Shown here one piece after another: positions 1-9,218 of a stretch of 23,664 nt of DNA. Where the stretch lies: assembly GCA_032128115.1 (NCBI GenBank), contig JAQBHB010000089.1, positions 1-23,664 of the forward strand, written 5' to 3'. Position numbers and translations under genes: made by a program. Within the stretch, counting starts at the first letter, position 1. Every line of letters starts with the position of its first letter. Source of the DNA: Deltaproteobacteria bacterium (GTDB taxonomy: Bacteria; Myxococcota_A; UBA9160; SMWR01). Under the pieces are notes generated by a model. That model saw only the letters and a list, made by a program, of their open reading frames with translations. It searched no databases and had not been told where the DNA came from.

Positions 1-855
1 CACTGCATGCGTTGCTGCCAGGGCCGCCATCACGTTCGTCCGATTGTGGGCACCCGTCAGGCGCATTTGATCGAGCGGGATGCGCACGGGAGCCGCATCC
101 GGTTCGCACAGGACGACGGCGCCCGCGTCGAGAAAGGCGCCCCGTGTCAGCGGTCCAGACGTCTGGAAAGGAAACAGGCTCGCGTGGGTCGTCGTCGCGA
201 GCGCGGCCACCGCCGGGTCGTCGAGATTCAGCACGGCGATGTCCGATTCGCGTTGGTTTGCGACGATTCGCGCTTTGGCCGCGGCATAGGCTTCGAAGCT
301 GCCGTGTCGGTCCAGATGATCCGGTGTGATGTTCAGCAACACGGCGACGGCGGGTCGAAAGGTCTCGACCGTTTCGAGCTGGAACGACGAGACCTCGAGA
401 ATCGCGAAATCCAGCGGTTGACCGATCAATTCGAGGGCCGACGTTCCCAGATTCCCCGCGGCCCGCGCTCGCACGCCGGCGGCGCTCAGCATCGCTTCGA
501 TCAGCCGGACGGTGGTCGACTTCCCATTCGTTCCCGTCACGGCGATGATGGGAGCAGCCAGGAATTGATAGGCGAGTTCGATGTCGCCCCAGACGCGCCG
601 CGCGCGATCCCGGTAGCGCTCTGCCGGGATGCCGGGGCTGGGAACGACCAGATCGAAGTCGCGCGAATCTGGAAAGGGTTGGCCGATTACCCGCTCCACG
701 CGAGGATCGAGCCCCTCGAACTCGTTGTCGTGATCTGGATTCCGTTCGTCCGCAGCCAGCACGCTGGCGCCGCGGGCCGCACAGAAGTTGGCGGCGTTGC
801 GCCCGGAAACGCCCAGCCCCAGTATCAGGATCCTCTGGTTTGCGAGCTGCTCCAT
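1..855 (-). CDS. murD: UDP-N-acetylmuramoyl-L-alanine--D-glutamate ligase (5' part; runs off the window edge)
   Basis: Manual translation from ATG at 855 (TGATG overlap with the mraY stop) gives [18 protein letters not shown]...VVPSPGIP...AVTGTNGKSTT...LEVSSFQLE...LLNITPDHLDRH, the MurD motifs. It follows mraY in dcw order. Not in the ORF track because no stop lies inside the window. Confidence 0.96.
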   Translation of the reverse strand, partial: MEQLANQRILILGLGVSGRNAANFCAARGASVLAADERNPDHDNEFEGLDPRVERVIGQPFPDSRDFDLVVPSPGIPAERYRDRARRVWGDIELAYQFLAAPIIAVTGTNGKSTTVRLIEAMLSAAGVRARAAGNLGTSALELIGQPLDFAILEVSSFQLETVETFRPAVAVLLNITPDHLDRHGSFEAYAAAKARIVANQRESDIAVLNLDDPAVAALATTTHASLFPFQTSGPLTRGAFLDAGAVVLCEPDAAPVRIPLDQMRLTGAHNRTNVMAALAATHAV

Positions 856-1928
856 CAGCGAAGCTTCAATGTCGATAGGGCGACCAGACCGAGGATTGCA
901 GACACGATCCAGAATCGGACCACGATCTTCTGCTCGGGCCAGCCCAGCTTCTCGAAGTGGTGGTGAATGGGCGCCATCAAGAAGACGCGTTTGCCCGTGA
1001 GCTTGAACGACGCCACCTGGATCATCACCGACAAGGTCTCGGCCACGAAGATCCCGCCCACTACGGCCAACAGGATCTCCTGGCGGATCAGCACGGCGAT
1101 GGTTCCCAGGGCGCCACCCAGAGCCAGGGATCCCACGTCGCCCATGAACAGCTGGGCCGGTGACGCGTTGAACCAGAGGAAGCCGAGCCCACCGCCGATC
1201 AGGGCGCCGCAGAAGATCGCGAGAGCGCCGCTTCCCGCCACGTACTTGATGGCCAGGTAATCCGAGATCATCGAGTGACCGGCGCAGTATGAAAGCAGCA
1301 GGAAGGTGCCGGCCGCGATCATGATCGGCCCGATGGCCAGACCGTCCAGCCCATCGGTCAGGTTCACGGCATTGCTGGTTCCTACGATGATGAAGGTGGC
1401 CACCGGGATGTAGAACCAGCCCAGGTGGGGCGTGAAGTTCTTGAAGAAGGGCACCGCCAGCTGGGCGTCGAAGCCCGGGTCGTTGTAGATGGCGAAGGCC
1501 ACGGCCAGGGCGATCACGGTCTGCCAGAGCAGCTTGATGCGCGCCGAAATGCCCGCGCTGTGTCCCTGCTTCACCTTGAGGTAGTCGTCGATGAAGCCCA
1601 GCAGCCCGTAGCCCACGGTGACGCCGAGCACCGTCCACACGAAGCGGCTGTCCAGGTTCGACCAGAGCAGCACGGAGACCAGCAGCGACAGCAGGATCAG
1701 CAGGCCTCCCATGGTGGGAGTGCCGGCCTTGGCCTGATGGTCGGGCCCGATCTCGCGAATCGGCTGGTCCACGCGCAGGCGCCCCAGGGCCCGGATCAGC
1801 GGTGGACCCACCACGAACGCGATGAAGAGCGCTGTGAGCGTGGCCGCGCCAGTGCGGAACGTGATGTAGCGGAACACGTTGAAGGCGCCGTGTTCCGAAG
1901 CGAACGGGTACAGCAGGTGGTAGAGCAT
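855..1928 (-). CDS. mraY: Phospho-N-acetylmuramoyl-pentapeptide transferase
   Basis: MLYHLLYP start overlapping the murF stop. Motifs [41 protein letters not shown] and MAPIHHHFE; multi-TM. Confidence 0.98.
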   Translation of the reverse strand: MLYHLLYPFASEHGAFNVFRYITFRTGAATLTALFIAFVVGPPLIRALGRLRVDQPIREIGPDHQAKAGTPTMGGLLILLSLLVSVLLWSNLDSRFVWTVLGVTVGYGLLGFIDDYLKVKQGHSAGISARIKLLWQTVIALAVAFAIYNDPGFDAQLAVPFFKNFTPHLGWFYIPVATFIIVGTSNAVNLTDGLDGLAIGPIMIAAGTFLLLSYCAGHSMISDYLAIKYVAGSGALAIFCGALIGGGLGFLWFNASPAQLFMGDVGSLALGGALGTIAVLIRQEILLAVVGGIFVAETLSVMIQVASFKLTGKRVFLMAPIHHHFEKLGWPEQKIVVRFWIVSAILGLVALSTLKLR

Positions 1929-3325
1929 CAGTGTCCTCCCCCGGTGAGCCGCTCGACCACGCGTTCCATCTGCATGGCGCGCGAGCCCTTGACCAGGACC
2001 CAGTCGCCCGGCTCGAGGATGGCCGCGATTCGCAACGCCAGGTCGGCGTGGTCTTTGCCCGCGTGAACCCGCTTCGGATCCATCCCGGCCTTCACGGCGG
2101 TGTCCGCGACAAGCACCGCGTACTCCCCGAGTGCGAACAGGAAGTCGAGGCCCAGGGAAGCCACCCGGCGCCCCAGCTCGGCGTGGGCGGGCGCGGACTC
2201 CTCGCCCAGCTCGCCCATGCTGCCAAGCACCGCGATGCCCCGGCCGCCGGCACGCAACCGGGCGAGGGAGACCAGCGCCGCCTCCATGGACTGGGGATTG
2301 GCGTTGTAGGTGTCGTCGAGCAGCACCACCCCCCCGGGCGCGTCGACGCGCTGCATGCGGCCGGTCGCCGGCTGGTAGTGGGCGAGCCCGGTGCGCACGT
2401 GCTCGAGGCTGGCGCCCGCAGCCAGGGCGCCCGCTGCCGCCGCCAGCGCATTGATCACGGTGGTCCCGCTTACGCCCGCTACCTGGATCGCCGTGCGACC
2501 CTCGGGCGCGCACAGGTCGAACCGGAAGCCGTGGCCGTCGGGCTCCACGTTCTCCGGGCGCACGTGGGCATCGTCCGCGCTCCCGAATCGCACTACCCGC
2601 GCGGCGGTGCGCGCAGCCTGGGCCATCACGCGCGGATCGTCGGCGTTGAGCACCGCCACGCCGTCGGAGGGCAGGGCGGCTACCAGATCGCCCTTCTCGC
2701 GGGCGATTTCCTCGCGGCTCCCGAGATGTTCGATGTGGGCCGTGCCCACGTTGGTGATCACGCCCACCGTGGGTCGCGCCAGCGCCGCCAGCGGCGCGAC
2801 CTCGCCCCGGTGATTCATGCCGATCTCCACCACCACGCGCTGGTCAGTCTCGGAACGGCGCAGCAACGTGAGTGGCAGCCCGAACTGGTTGTTGAGATTC
2901 CCCTGGTTCTTGAGACACGGACCCGCCTCCGACAGGATCGCGGCACACATCTCCTTCGTGGTGGTCTTGCCGTTGCTTCCGGTGATGGCCACCAGCGGGC
3001 CGTTGAAGCTCGCGCGGTGGCCGCCGGCCAGGACGCCCAGGGCCCGGGTCGTGTCGTCTGCGGCGATCACCGGCAGATGGGGCGAAAGGTTTTCGGGAAG
3101 TGTGCGGTCCTTCTCGATCAAGAGGCCCACGGCTCCACCGGACACGGCCGCTGCCAGGAAGCGGTGGGCGTCGTGGGTCGGTCCCACGATCGCGAGGAAC
3201 AGCGCTCCGGGCGAAAGGGTGCGTGTGTCGATGCAGGCGCCTTGAAAGCGCGCGTCGGGCGATCCCTGCACCAGGCCGCCCCCGGTCCAGCGCACCGCAT
3301 CTCCGGCAGAGAAGGGCAGGCTCAT
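1928..3325 (-). CDS. murF: UDP-N-acetylmuramoyl-tripeptide--D-alanyl-D-alanine ligase
   Basis: [66 protein letters not shown]. Confidence 0.97.
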   Translation of the reverse strand: MSLPFSAGDAVRWTGGGLVQGSPDARFQGACIDTRTLSPGALFLAIVGPTHDAHRFLAAAVSGGAVGLLIEKDRTLPENLSPHLPVIAADDTTRALGVLAGGHRASFNGPLVAITGSNGKTTTKEMCAAILSEAGPCLKNQGNLNNQFGLPLTLLRRSETDQRVVVEIGMNHRGEVAPLAALARPTVGVITNVGTAHIEHLGSREEIAREKGDLVAALPSDGVAVLNADDPRVMAQAARTAARVVRFGSADDAHVRPENVEPDGHGFRFDLCAPEGRTAIQVAGVSGTTVINALAAAAGALAAGASLEHVRTGLAHYQPATGRMQRVDAPGGVVLLDDTYNANPQSMEAALVSLARLRAGGRGIAVLGSMGELGEESAPAHAELGRRVASLGLDFLFALGEYAVLVADTAVKAGMDPKRVHAGKDHADLALRIAAILEPGDWVLVKGSRAMQMERVVERLTGGGH

Positions 3326-4867
3326 GCGCCACAGCCCTCCGCCAGGGCGCGCAGGGCCTCCTCGCTGTCGCTGAAGGGCAGTCGTTCGCGACCCACGATC
3401 TGGTAGTCCTCGTGGCCCTTGCCGGCGATCACCACCGTATCGCCCGGACGCGCGATCGAGATCGCGACCCCGATGGCGGCGCGTCGGTCGGGGATCACGG
3501 CGTAGGAGCCGCCCCGGGCGTCCAGCGACCCGGGCTCCACTTTCTGGAGCGCCGTCAGTCCCGCTTCTACGTCGGCCAGGATCCGAATCGGATCTTCGCT
3601 GCGCGGATTGTCACTCGTAGCGATGATGCGGTCGCTCCAACGCGCCGCGGCCTGGGCCATGAGCGGGCGCTTGGACCTGTCGCGGTCGCCCCCGCAACCG
3701 AACAGGGCGATGAGGCGGCCGCCGGTCAGTGGTCGCAGGCTTCGCAGCAGCTTGTCCACGGCGTCCGGGGTGTGGGCGTAGTCGATGATGATCGTGGGCG
3801 CGTCGGCCCGGTCGCCGCCCACCCGTTCGGCCCGGCCGGGCACCTGGGGGGCAGGACTCGATGCCGGCGCGCAGGACGTCCGGATCCAGAGCCAGGGCGA
3901 CGCCCACGCCGAATGCCACCAGCATGTTCTCCAGGTTGAAGTCGCCCACCAGGGGCAGGACGAGATCGACGCAGCCGGCCTCGGTGCGCACCCGGGCCCG
4001 GGTGCCGTCCAGTGTGACGTCTGCATCCTCCAGGTGTACGGCGGCCTCCCGGCGGGGATCGCGGGAGACACCCACTACGCGCGCCTCACAGCGTCGGGCC
4101 GCCCACAGGAATTCGTCTGCCGAGGCGTCGTCCAGGTTGATGACGGCCGCTCCGCCGCGCGCAAGGTAACGCCCGAACAAGAGGACCTTCGACTCCAGAT
4201 AGGCGCTCATGCTGCCGTGGAAGTCCAGGTGGTCCTGGGTCAGGTTGGTGAACGCGGCCACGTCGAAGCGGCAACCTTCCACGCGTCCCAGCTCGAGGCC
4301 GTGAGACGAGACTTCCATCACGGCGGCGTCCACGCCGCAGGTGCGCATGGCGCGCAGGCTGCGCTGGAGATCGCAGCTCTCCGGCGTGGTGTTGGTGGCC
4401 GATTCGTGCACCCCGGCGTATCGGATCTCGACGGTCCCGATCAGGCCCACGCGCCGGCCGGCGTGGCTGAGGATCGATTCCACCAGGTAGGAGACGCTGG
4501 TCTTGCCGTTGGTTCCCGTGATCCCCACCAGGGTGAGTTCCTGGGACGGGTGGCCGTAGAAGCGCGCGGCCATTGGCGCGAGTGCACGTCTGCTGTTGCG
4601 GACCACGGCGGCGGTGCGCCCCTTCATGTCCAGGTCTGCCGGGATCTGGTCCACCACCACCGCTGCCGCCCCCAGGTCGAGGGCCTGGCCCAGGTATTCG
4701 TGACCGTCCACGTCGGCGCCCCGAAGGGCGAAGAACACGTCGCCGGCCGCGACGCGCCGCGAGTCGTACGTGATGCCCCGGATCAACGGGTCGGGATCCG
4801 CGCCGCGCGACATGCGCAGGGGGCCCTGGTCCTCCGGCAGCGCGGCCAGCAGATCCGAAAGACGCAT
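3322..4867 (-). CDS. murE: UDP-N-acetylmuramoyl-L-alanyl-D-glutamate--meso-DAP ligase, split by a +1 frameshift in a 6-base C run (G run at 3846-3851 on +)
   Basis: The N-part (ORF 3611..4867) has GITGTNGKTS, TTPES, MEVSSHGL and FTNLTQDHLDFH. The C-part (frame of 3322..4071) has PGRAE, DYAHTPDA, FGCGGDRDRSKRPLM, TSDNPRSE (DNPR is the meso-DAP motif) and IAGKGHEDYQ. The span is 1546 nt (3n+1); removing one C joins ...IESCP-QVPGR... Confidence 0.93.
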
Positions 4868-6945
4868 CAGCCCTGCTCCGCGGCCACGCCCGCGCGGCTG
4901 GCGAAGCGCACGGAAACGCGGCCTTCGTGGGCGGGCACGACCGTTCCCGGCGGCGGATCCTGTCCCACCGCGACGCCTTGTCCGGAGACCTCGAGTTTCA
5001 GCGAGCCGGCGGCGGCGATGCGCGTCACCTCCGCCACGGTGAGGCCCCGGAAATCCGGCAGCAGGATGCGGTTCTCGAAGCGCACGATCGGCGGCGGCGC
5101 GGTTGAAACCTGCGCGGGCGGGACCGCCGCGGGCCGCGGTGCGGTCGACACCGGAGCCGCCGATGCCGCTGCCGTCATCGCGCTCGGCGGGGGCGTGGGG
5201 GCACGCCGGGCCGTGAGCGTTTCCACAGGCCGGGGCGCCGGGGGCAGCGGCTGCGCCACCGTAAAGATCCCGAAACGCGACAGGTGTTCGGCGGCCACGC
5301 TGGCGAACAGGGGCGCGGCGGCGGCTCCGCCCGTGTGGTTGGGTCTCTTCGGTTCGTCGAGTCCGGTGAGGATCACGAGCTTGGGGTCATTCGCCGGAAC
5401 GGCGCCCACGAACCAGGCGCGGAAGCGGTCATCCGCATAACGCCCGGTCCGTGCATCGTACTTCTGGGCGGTTCCCGTCTTTCCTGCTACGCGCACGTCG
5501 CGCAGCGCCGCGCGGCCTCCGGTTCCGTCGGACGCCACCGTCCGCTCCAGCATGGCGAGCACTTGCGCCGCGGTCTCGGGCCGCACCACGCGCCGCCCAG
5601 GCTCGGGCTTGTGGATCTCCCAGTCGTGTCCCGGAGCGCGGCGGGCGCCGACCAGACGGGGCTTCACCCAATCGCCACCGTTGGCGATGGCGGCCATGGC
5701 TGCCACCAGCTGGATCGAGGTCACCCCGATCCCCTGTCCGAAGGAGATCGTGGCGTGATCGATCTGCGTCCAATCCTGCCAGGGCCGCAGGATCCCCGCC
5801 GACTCGTCGGGGAAGTGGCTCTGGGTGGGTCGCCCGAATCCGAAGTCGTGAAGCATGGCGTAGTGGGCACCGGGACCCAGCAGGAAGCCGATCTTCGCGG
5901 CGCCGATGTTGCTCGACACCCGGAGCACGTCGCCGGTGCTGAGTCCGCCGTGGGGCCGGGTGTCGTGCAGGGTCTTGCCGGGGAGGTGGAAGCTTCCGTT
6001 CTCGCAATCGACGATCTGGTCGATGCCGACGACATTTGCGTCCAGGGCTGCGGCCACCGTGAACAGCTTCAGCGTGGATCCCGGCTCGATCGAATCGAGA
6101 AACGCTCGGGAGCGCGTGTTGTGATAGTCCTCGTCGCGAAAGCCGTTGGGGTCAAATCCCGGGGCTTCGGCCAACGCCAGGATGTCGCCTGAACCCACGG
6201 CCATCGAGATCACGACGCCGCCAAGGGCGCCGGTCCGCGCCACGGCTTCGGCCAGAGCTGCCTCCGCGTGGGCCTGGAGCGCCGCGTCGAGCGTCAGGGC
6301 CACGTCGCCGCCATCGCTGTCGGCCGGGTCGGTTTGTCCCGCCGCCACCAGGCGCACGCCGGTTCCGTCGCGTTCGGAGATCAAGCGCCGAGCGGTGCCG
6401 GACAGGAAGGTGTCTTCCTGTTGCTCGATGCCGCGGACGCCCTTGCCCTCGATGTTCGCGATACCCAGCACCGAAGCCGACATGCGCTTGTGCGGGTAGA
6501 CGCGGCGCGGCTCGGGCACCAGGCCCACGCCGTCCAGGTCGAGCTCGGTCACGCGTCGTGCCTGCTCGGCGCTGATCCAACGCTGGAGGAAGACGAAGCG
6601 CGGCTTGTCGCCGATACGCTGGACCAGCGCAGCGGGCGATCGCCCCAGGATCGCGGCCAGGGCCCGCGCTGCGGCCCTGCCTTCCTCGAGGGAAGACGGC
6701 GCCACGTACAGCGACGGCGCGTCGACCGACAAGGCCAGGGCAGCGCCCGACCGATCGACAATGGTACCCCGCTGGGCCTGGACCCGTACCTCGGCCACGA
6801 TCTGGTTGATCGCGACGCCGGCAGTGTCCGCGGAGTTGAGGCTCAGATGAGCCGCCCGCGCCGCCAGCACCAGCAGGGCCAGGATCAGCCCTGCACGGAC
6901 CATGGCCACCCGGCGCATGGCGATCTGCTGTCGGCGAGGCGTCAC
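4867..6945 (-). CDS. ftsI: Cell-division transpeptidase (class B PBP, PBP3) with C-terminal PASTA domain
   Basis: N-terminal TM, RGTIVDRSG, EPGSTLK (SxxK), SSN (SxN), KTGTAQ (KTG). A Pro/Ala-rich linker precedes the PASTA-like LPDFRGLT...GQDPPPGT. GTG start overlaps the ftsL stop. Confidence 0.95.
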   Translation of the reverse strand: MTPRRQQIAMRRVAMVRAGLILALLVLAARAAHLSLNSADTAGVAINQIVAEVRVQAQRGTIVDRSGAALALSVDAPSLYVAPSSLEEGRAAARALAAILGRSPAALVQRIGDKPRFVFLQRWISAEQARRVTELDLDGVGLVPEPRRVYPHKRMSASVLGIANIEGKGVRGIEQQEDTFLSGTARRLISERDGTGVRLVAAGQTDPADSDGGDVALTLDAALQAHAEAALAEAVARTGALGGVVISMAVGSGDILALAEAPGFDPNGFRDEDYHNTRSRAFLDSIEPGSTLKLFTVAAALDANVVGIDQIVDCENGSFHLPGKTLHDTRPHGGLSTGDVLRVSSNIGAAKIGFLLGPGAHYAMLHDFGFGRPTQSHFPDESAGILRPWQDWTQIDHATISFGQGIGVTSIQLVAAMAAIANGGDWVKPRLVGARRAPGHDWEIHKPEPGRRVVRPETAAQVLAMLERTVASDGTGGRAALRDVRVAGKTGTAQKYDARTGRYADDRFRAWFVGAVPANDPKLVILTGLDEPKRPNHTGGAAAAPLFASVAAEHLSRFGIFTVAQPLPPAPRPVETLTARRAPTPPPSAMTAAASAAPVSTAPRPAAVPPAQVSTAPPPIVRFENRILLPDFRGLTVAEVTRIAAAGSLKLEVSGQGVAVGQDPPPGTVVPAHEGRVSVRFASRAGVAAEQG

Positions 6946-7349
6946 GGCTGCTCCGGCGACGACGACACGACCGGGGCGCGGCGACCGATCACGCGTTCGG
7001 GTCGGGAAAGACCCAGACCGGTGGCCAGCCGGCCGAGGCGCGCGGGGTCGCGCAGCTCGCCCACCTCGGCCTGGAGCACGCGCTGCTGCTCGCGCAGCTG
7101 GCCCTCTTCGGCGATGGCTTCGGTCAGGACGTACCGCATGCGAAGGTTGTCGGTGCGCAGGGCGGCGAGAGCCATGGCGGCCAGGAAGAGCCCGGCCAGC
7201 GCCGCGAACCCATGACTGCGAAGCTCGCCGCCATGCAGGCGCCAGGGGGAGGCGTCGTCCACGGCGTGCCCCACCTGGTGCGCCGGCGTGCGCCGGCTGC
7301 GGCGTGCGGTCCGGTGGCTCCGCGACGCGCGTTGCATGGCCTGGCTCAC
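6942..7349 (-). CDS. ftsL: Cell division protein FtsL-like (start uncertain: GTG 7349 or ATG 7337)
   Basis: Lies between rsmH and ftsI. Basic N-terminus, one TM (FAALAGLFLAAMALAAL), leucine-rich coiled coil ending LRDPARLGRLATGLGL. Confidence 0.8.
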   Translation of the reverse strand: MSQAMQRASRSHRTARRSRRTPAHQVGHAVDDASPWRLHGGELRSHGFAALAGLFLAAMALAALRTDNLRMRYVLTEAIAEEGQLREQQRVLQAEVGELRDPARLGRLATGLGLSRPERVIGRRAPVVSSSPEQP

Positions 7350-7389
7350 GCCGGGGCTCGTTGATCGCGGGCGGGGGGCAGCGCGCCCA

Positions 7390-8349
7390 TCAGGCGGCCT
7401 CGGCCACGCGCTCGGCGGCGCGCAGCCTGGCGGAGCGAGAGCGCGGGTTGGCGTCCACCTCCGCGTCTCCGGGACGCAGCGGGCGCCGCGTCAGCACGCG
7501 CAGGCGAACGCGGCCCCCGCAGATGCACACCGGTGTGCGCGGGGGGCACGTGCAGCCGCGGACGGCATCGCGGAAGCGGTTCTTCACGATGCGGTCCTCT
7601 GCCGAGTGGTAGGCGATCACCACCAGACGGCCGCCCGCTCGCAGGGCTTCGATGGACGACTCGAGCCCTGTTTCGAGCCGCGACAGCTCGTCGTTGACAG
7701 CGATGCGCAGGGCCTGGAACACCAGCGTCGCCGGGTTGTGCCGTCGGCCGCGTCCCACGCGCGCGGCCTCGACGGCGACAAGCAGGTCCCGCACCGTCCG
7801 CAGCGGCGCGCGCTTGCGCACGTCGACGATTTCCCGGGTCAGGCGATGCGCCCCGGACAGGTCACCGTATTCGCGAAAGATGCGGGTCAGCTCATCGGGC
7901 GGAGCGGAGCGAAGCAGCTCGGCGGCGGTGAGTGATGCGGTCCGATCCATGCGCATGTCCAGGGGGGTCTCGTCGGCGTCGCCCGCGGCGAAGCGGAAGC
8001 CCCGCGCGGGCTCGTCGAGCTGCGGCGACGACACGCCCAGATCCAGGAGGACCCCGTCCACGTGCTGGATGTCCCGCTCCTCGAGCACGCGCGCCAGCTC
8101 GTCGAAGGGCGCGTGGACGAGTTCGACGCGATCTCCGTAGACCCGCAGGTGTCGGGCACTGGCTTCCAGGGCGGCCCGATCCAGGTCCAGCCCAATCACG
8201 CGCCCGTCGGGAGCCGTCTGCTCGAGGATCGCCGCCGCGTGGCCGCCGCCTCCGACGGTGCCGTCGATGACGAGCGAGTTCGGGCGAAGCTCCAGCAGAG
8301 CCAGGCATTCTTTCAGGAGAACGGGGCGATGGGCGAATTGGCTGGCCAC
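7390..8349 (-). CDS. rsmH: 16S rRNA (cytosine1402-N4)-methyltransferase
   Basis: GTG at 8349 with AGGAGG at 8361-8366. HRPVLLKE, DGTVGGGGH, LDLGVSSPQLD, PLDMRMD, FQALRIAVNDEL, YHSAEDRIVK, NPRSRSARLR. Confidence 0.97.
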   Translation of the reverse strand: MASQFAHRPVLLKECLALLELRPNSLVIDGTVGGGGHAAAILEQTAPDGRVIGLDLDRAALEASARHLRVYGDRVELVHAPFDELARVLEERDIQHVDGVLLDLGVSSPQLDEPARGFRFAAGDADETPLDMRMDRTASLTAAELLRSAPPDELTRIFREYGDLSGAHRLTREIVDVRKRAPLRTVRDLLVAVEAARVGRGRRHNPATLVFQALRIAVNDELSRLETGLESSIEALRAGGRLVVIAYHSAEDRIVKNRFRDAVRGCTCPPRTPVCICGGRVRLRVLTRRPLRPGDAEVDANPRSRSARLRAAERVAEAA

Positions 8350-8403
8350 GGAGTCGGGCGCCTCCTGCCTCGCCCATTCTTCGAGGCAGACAGGGGCGGG
8401 GTC

Positions 8404-8501
8404 GGCAGGGTGCCCCGGGGCGCCATGAGCCTCGGTGGCGGTTTGTCCCCCCCAGTAACGCCCCGCCAACCGCGACGGAACGCCCCGGGGACACCCTAGC
8501 C
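8404..8501 (-). other. Long imperfect hairpin in the mraZ-rsmH intergenic region (candidate structured cis-RNA)
   Basis: Outer arms 8404-8422 and 8481-8501 pair over 19 bp with two single bulges. Inner arms 8433-8441 and 8463-8472 pair over 9 bp with one bulge. The 21-nt loop contains G7 on the mRNA strand. Confidence 0.55.
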
Positions 8502-8503
8502 TG

Positions 8504-8998
8504 TCAATCGGAGGAGTCAGTCTCCTCCGGTCCCCCCACCCCCGTATCACCGCGCACCTCCAGGCTTCTCACCGACGCAAAGCGCTGGTGGTAGTTGGCC
8601 TGGAACTGCCGCAAAGCCTCGTCGAACCGCGTTTTGTTCCACAGCTCGAGCACTCGCCCGACGCCCGCAACCACCACCTCGCGATCGAGGCCCGCGTGGT
8701 CGCGCAGGGCGCTGGGCACGAGAATCCGCCCCTGCTTGTCGATGGGGCTCTCGCTCCACCCGGAGAGCATGTAGCGGGTGATATCCTCCGCTTCCGGGTC
8801 GAGAGGAGAGAGCCTCGACAGGTGTTTCTCGTACTGGGTCCACTCTTCGTGGGGATAAAGCACCAGGCAGGCCTGGCGGTTCGTCAGAATCGGAGCTTCG
8901 GTGCTTTTGCTCATCAATTGCATTCGAAACTCCGGCGGTATACTGACCCTGCCTTTGGAATCGATGGTGTGGATGAAACGACCTCGGAATCGAAACAC
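8504..8998 (-). CDS. mraZ: Division/cell wall cluster transcriptional repressor MraZ
   Basis: Probable GTG start at 8998 (VFRFRGRFIHTIDSKGRVSIP). Two DxxGR motifs (IDSKGRV, IDKQGRILVP) and AGVGRVLELW; first gene of the dcw cluster. Confidence 0.96.
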   Translation of the reverse strand: MFRFRGRFIHTIDSKGRVSIPPEFRMQLMSKSTEAPILTNRQACLVLYPHEEWTQYEKHLSRLSPLDPEAEDITRYMLSGWSESPIDKQGRILVPSALRDHAGLDREVVVAGVGRVLELWNKTRFDEALRQFQANYHQRFASVRSLEVRGDTGVGGPEETDSSD

Positions 8999-9029
8999 GG
9001 GTGGGAGATCACTGACTGACTGCTGAGCT

Positions 9030-9064
9030 CCCACCGTTCCCCACCATTTCCCACTGATCCACAC
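9030..9064 (-). promoter_or_regulatory. MraZ-binding direct repeats (GTGGG x3 at 10-bp period, plus degenerate GTGTG)
   Basis: CCCAC on + at 9030-9034, 9040-9044 and 9050-9054, and CACAC at 9060-9064. This matches the known GTGG/TGGG 10-bp-period MraZ operator upstream of mraZ. Confidence 0.8.
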
Positions 9065-9092
9065 CGTACCTCCACCCCCTACCCCGTTACAA
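9063..9092 (-). promoter_or_regulatory. Putative sigma70 promoter of the dcw operon
   Basis: TTGTAA (9092-9087), 18-nt spacer, TACGGT (9068-9063), directly upstream of the MraZ boxes. Confidence 0.5.
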
Positions 9093-9218
9093 GAGCAAAT
9101 TCGGGGTTTTTCAGCCCGAGTTGCATTTTTCTTCGATCTACCAGATCTCGATGTTAGGGATCACTCCGACCACAAGATGCTGCGGTCGGTTCCCGCATCC
9201 CAGAGACGAATGCGGGGT

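Noticed and set aside
1929..2513. N-terminal extension of MraY in the ORF track
   Set aside because: Overlaps murF out of frame; the real start is the ATG coupled to the murF stop.
4870..5260. PASTA domain and Pro/Ala linker on FtsI as a novelty
   Set aside because: PASTA-bearing division PBPs are widespread outside enterobacteria.
7515..7560. CxC...CxC insert in RsmH
   Set aside because: A common variant in many RsmH proteins.
7..8499. Long plus-strand ORFs opposite the dcw genes (e.g. 7..966, 1931..3406, 3785..5440)
   Set aside because: Antisense shadows of high-GC coding genes with no recognisable motifs.
8350..8550. 67-aa N-terminal extension of RsmH from GTG 8550 (has an upstream GGAGG)
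   Set aside because: Overlaps mraZ, is not RsmH-like, and a strong SD precedes GTG 8349; not fully excluded.
9100..9130. Hairpin TCGGG...CCCGA as a terminator for the HDAC gene
   Set aside because: Short stem with a large loop and no convincing U-tract on the minus strand.
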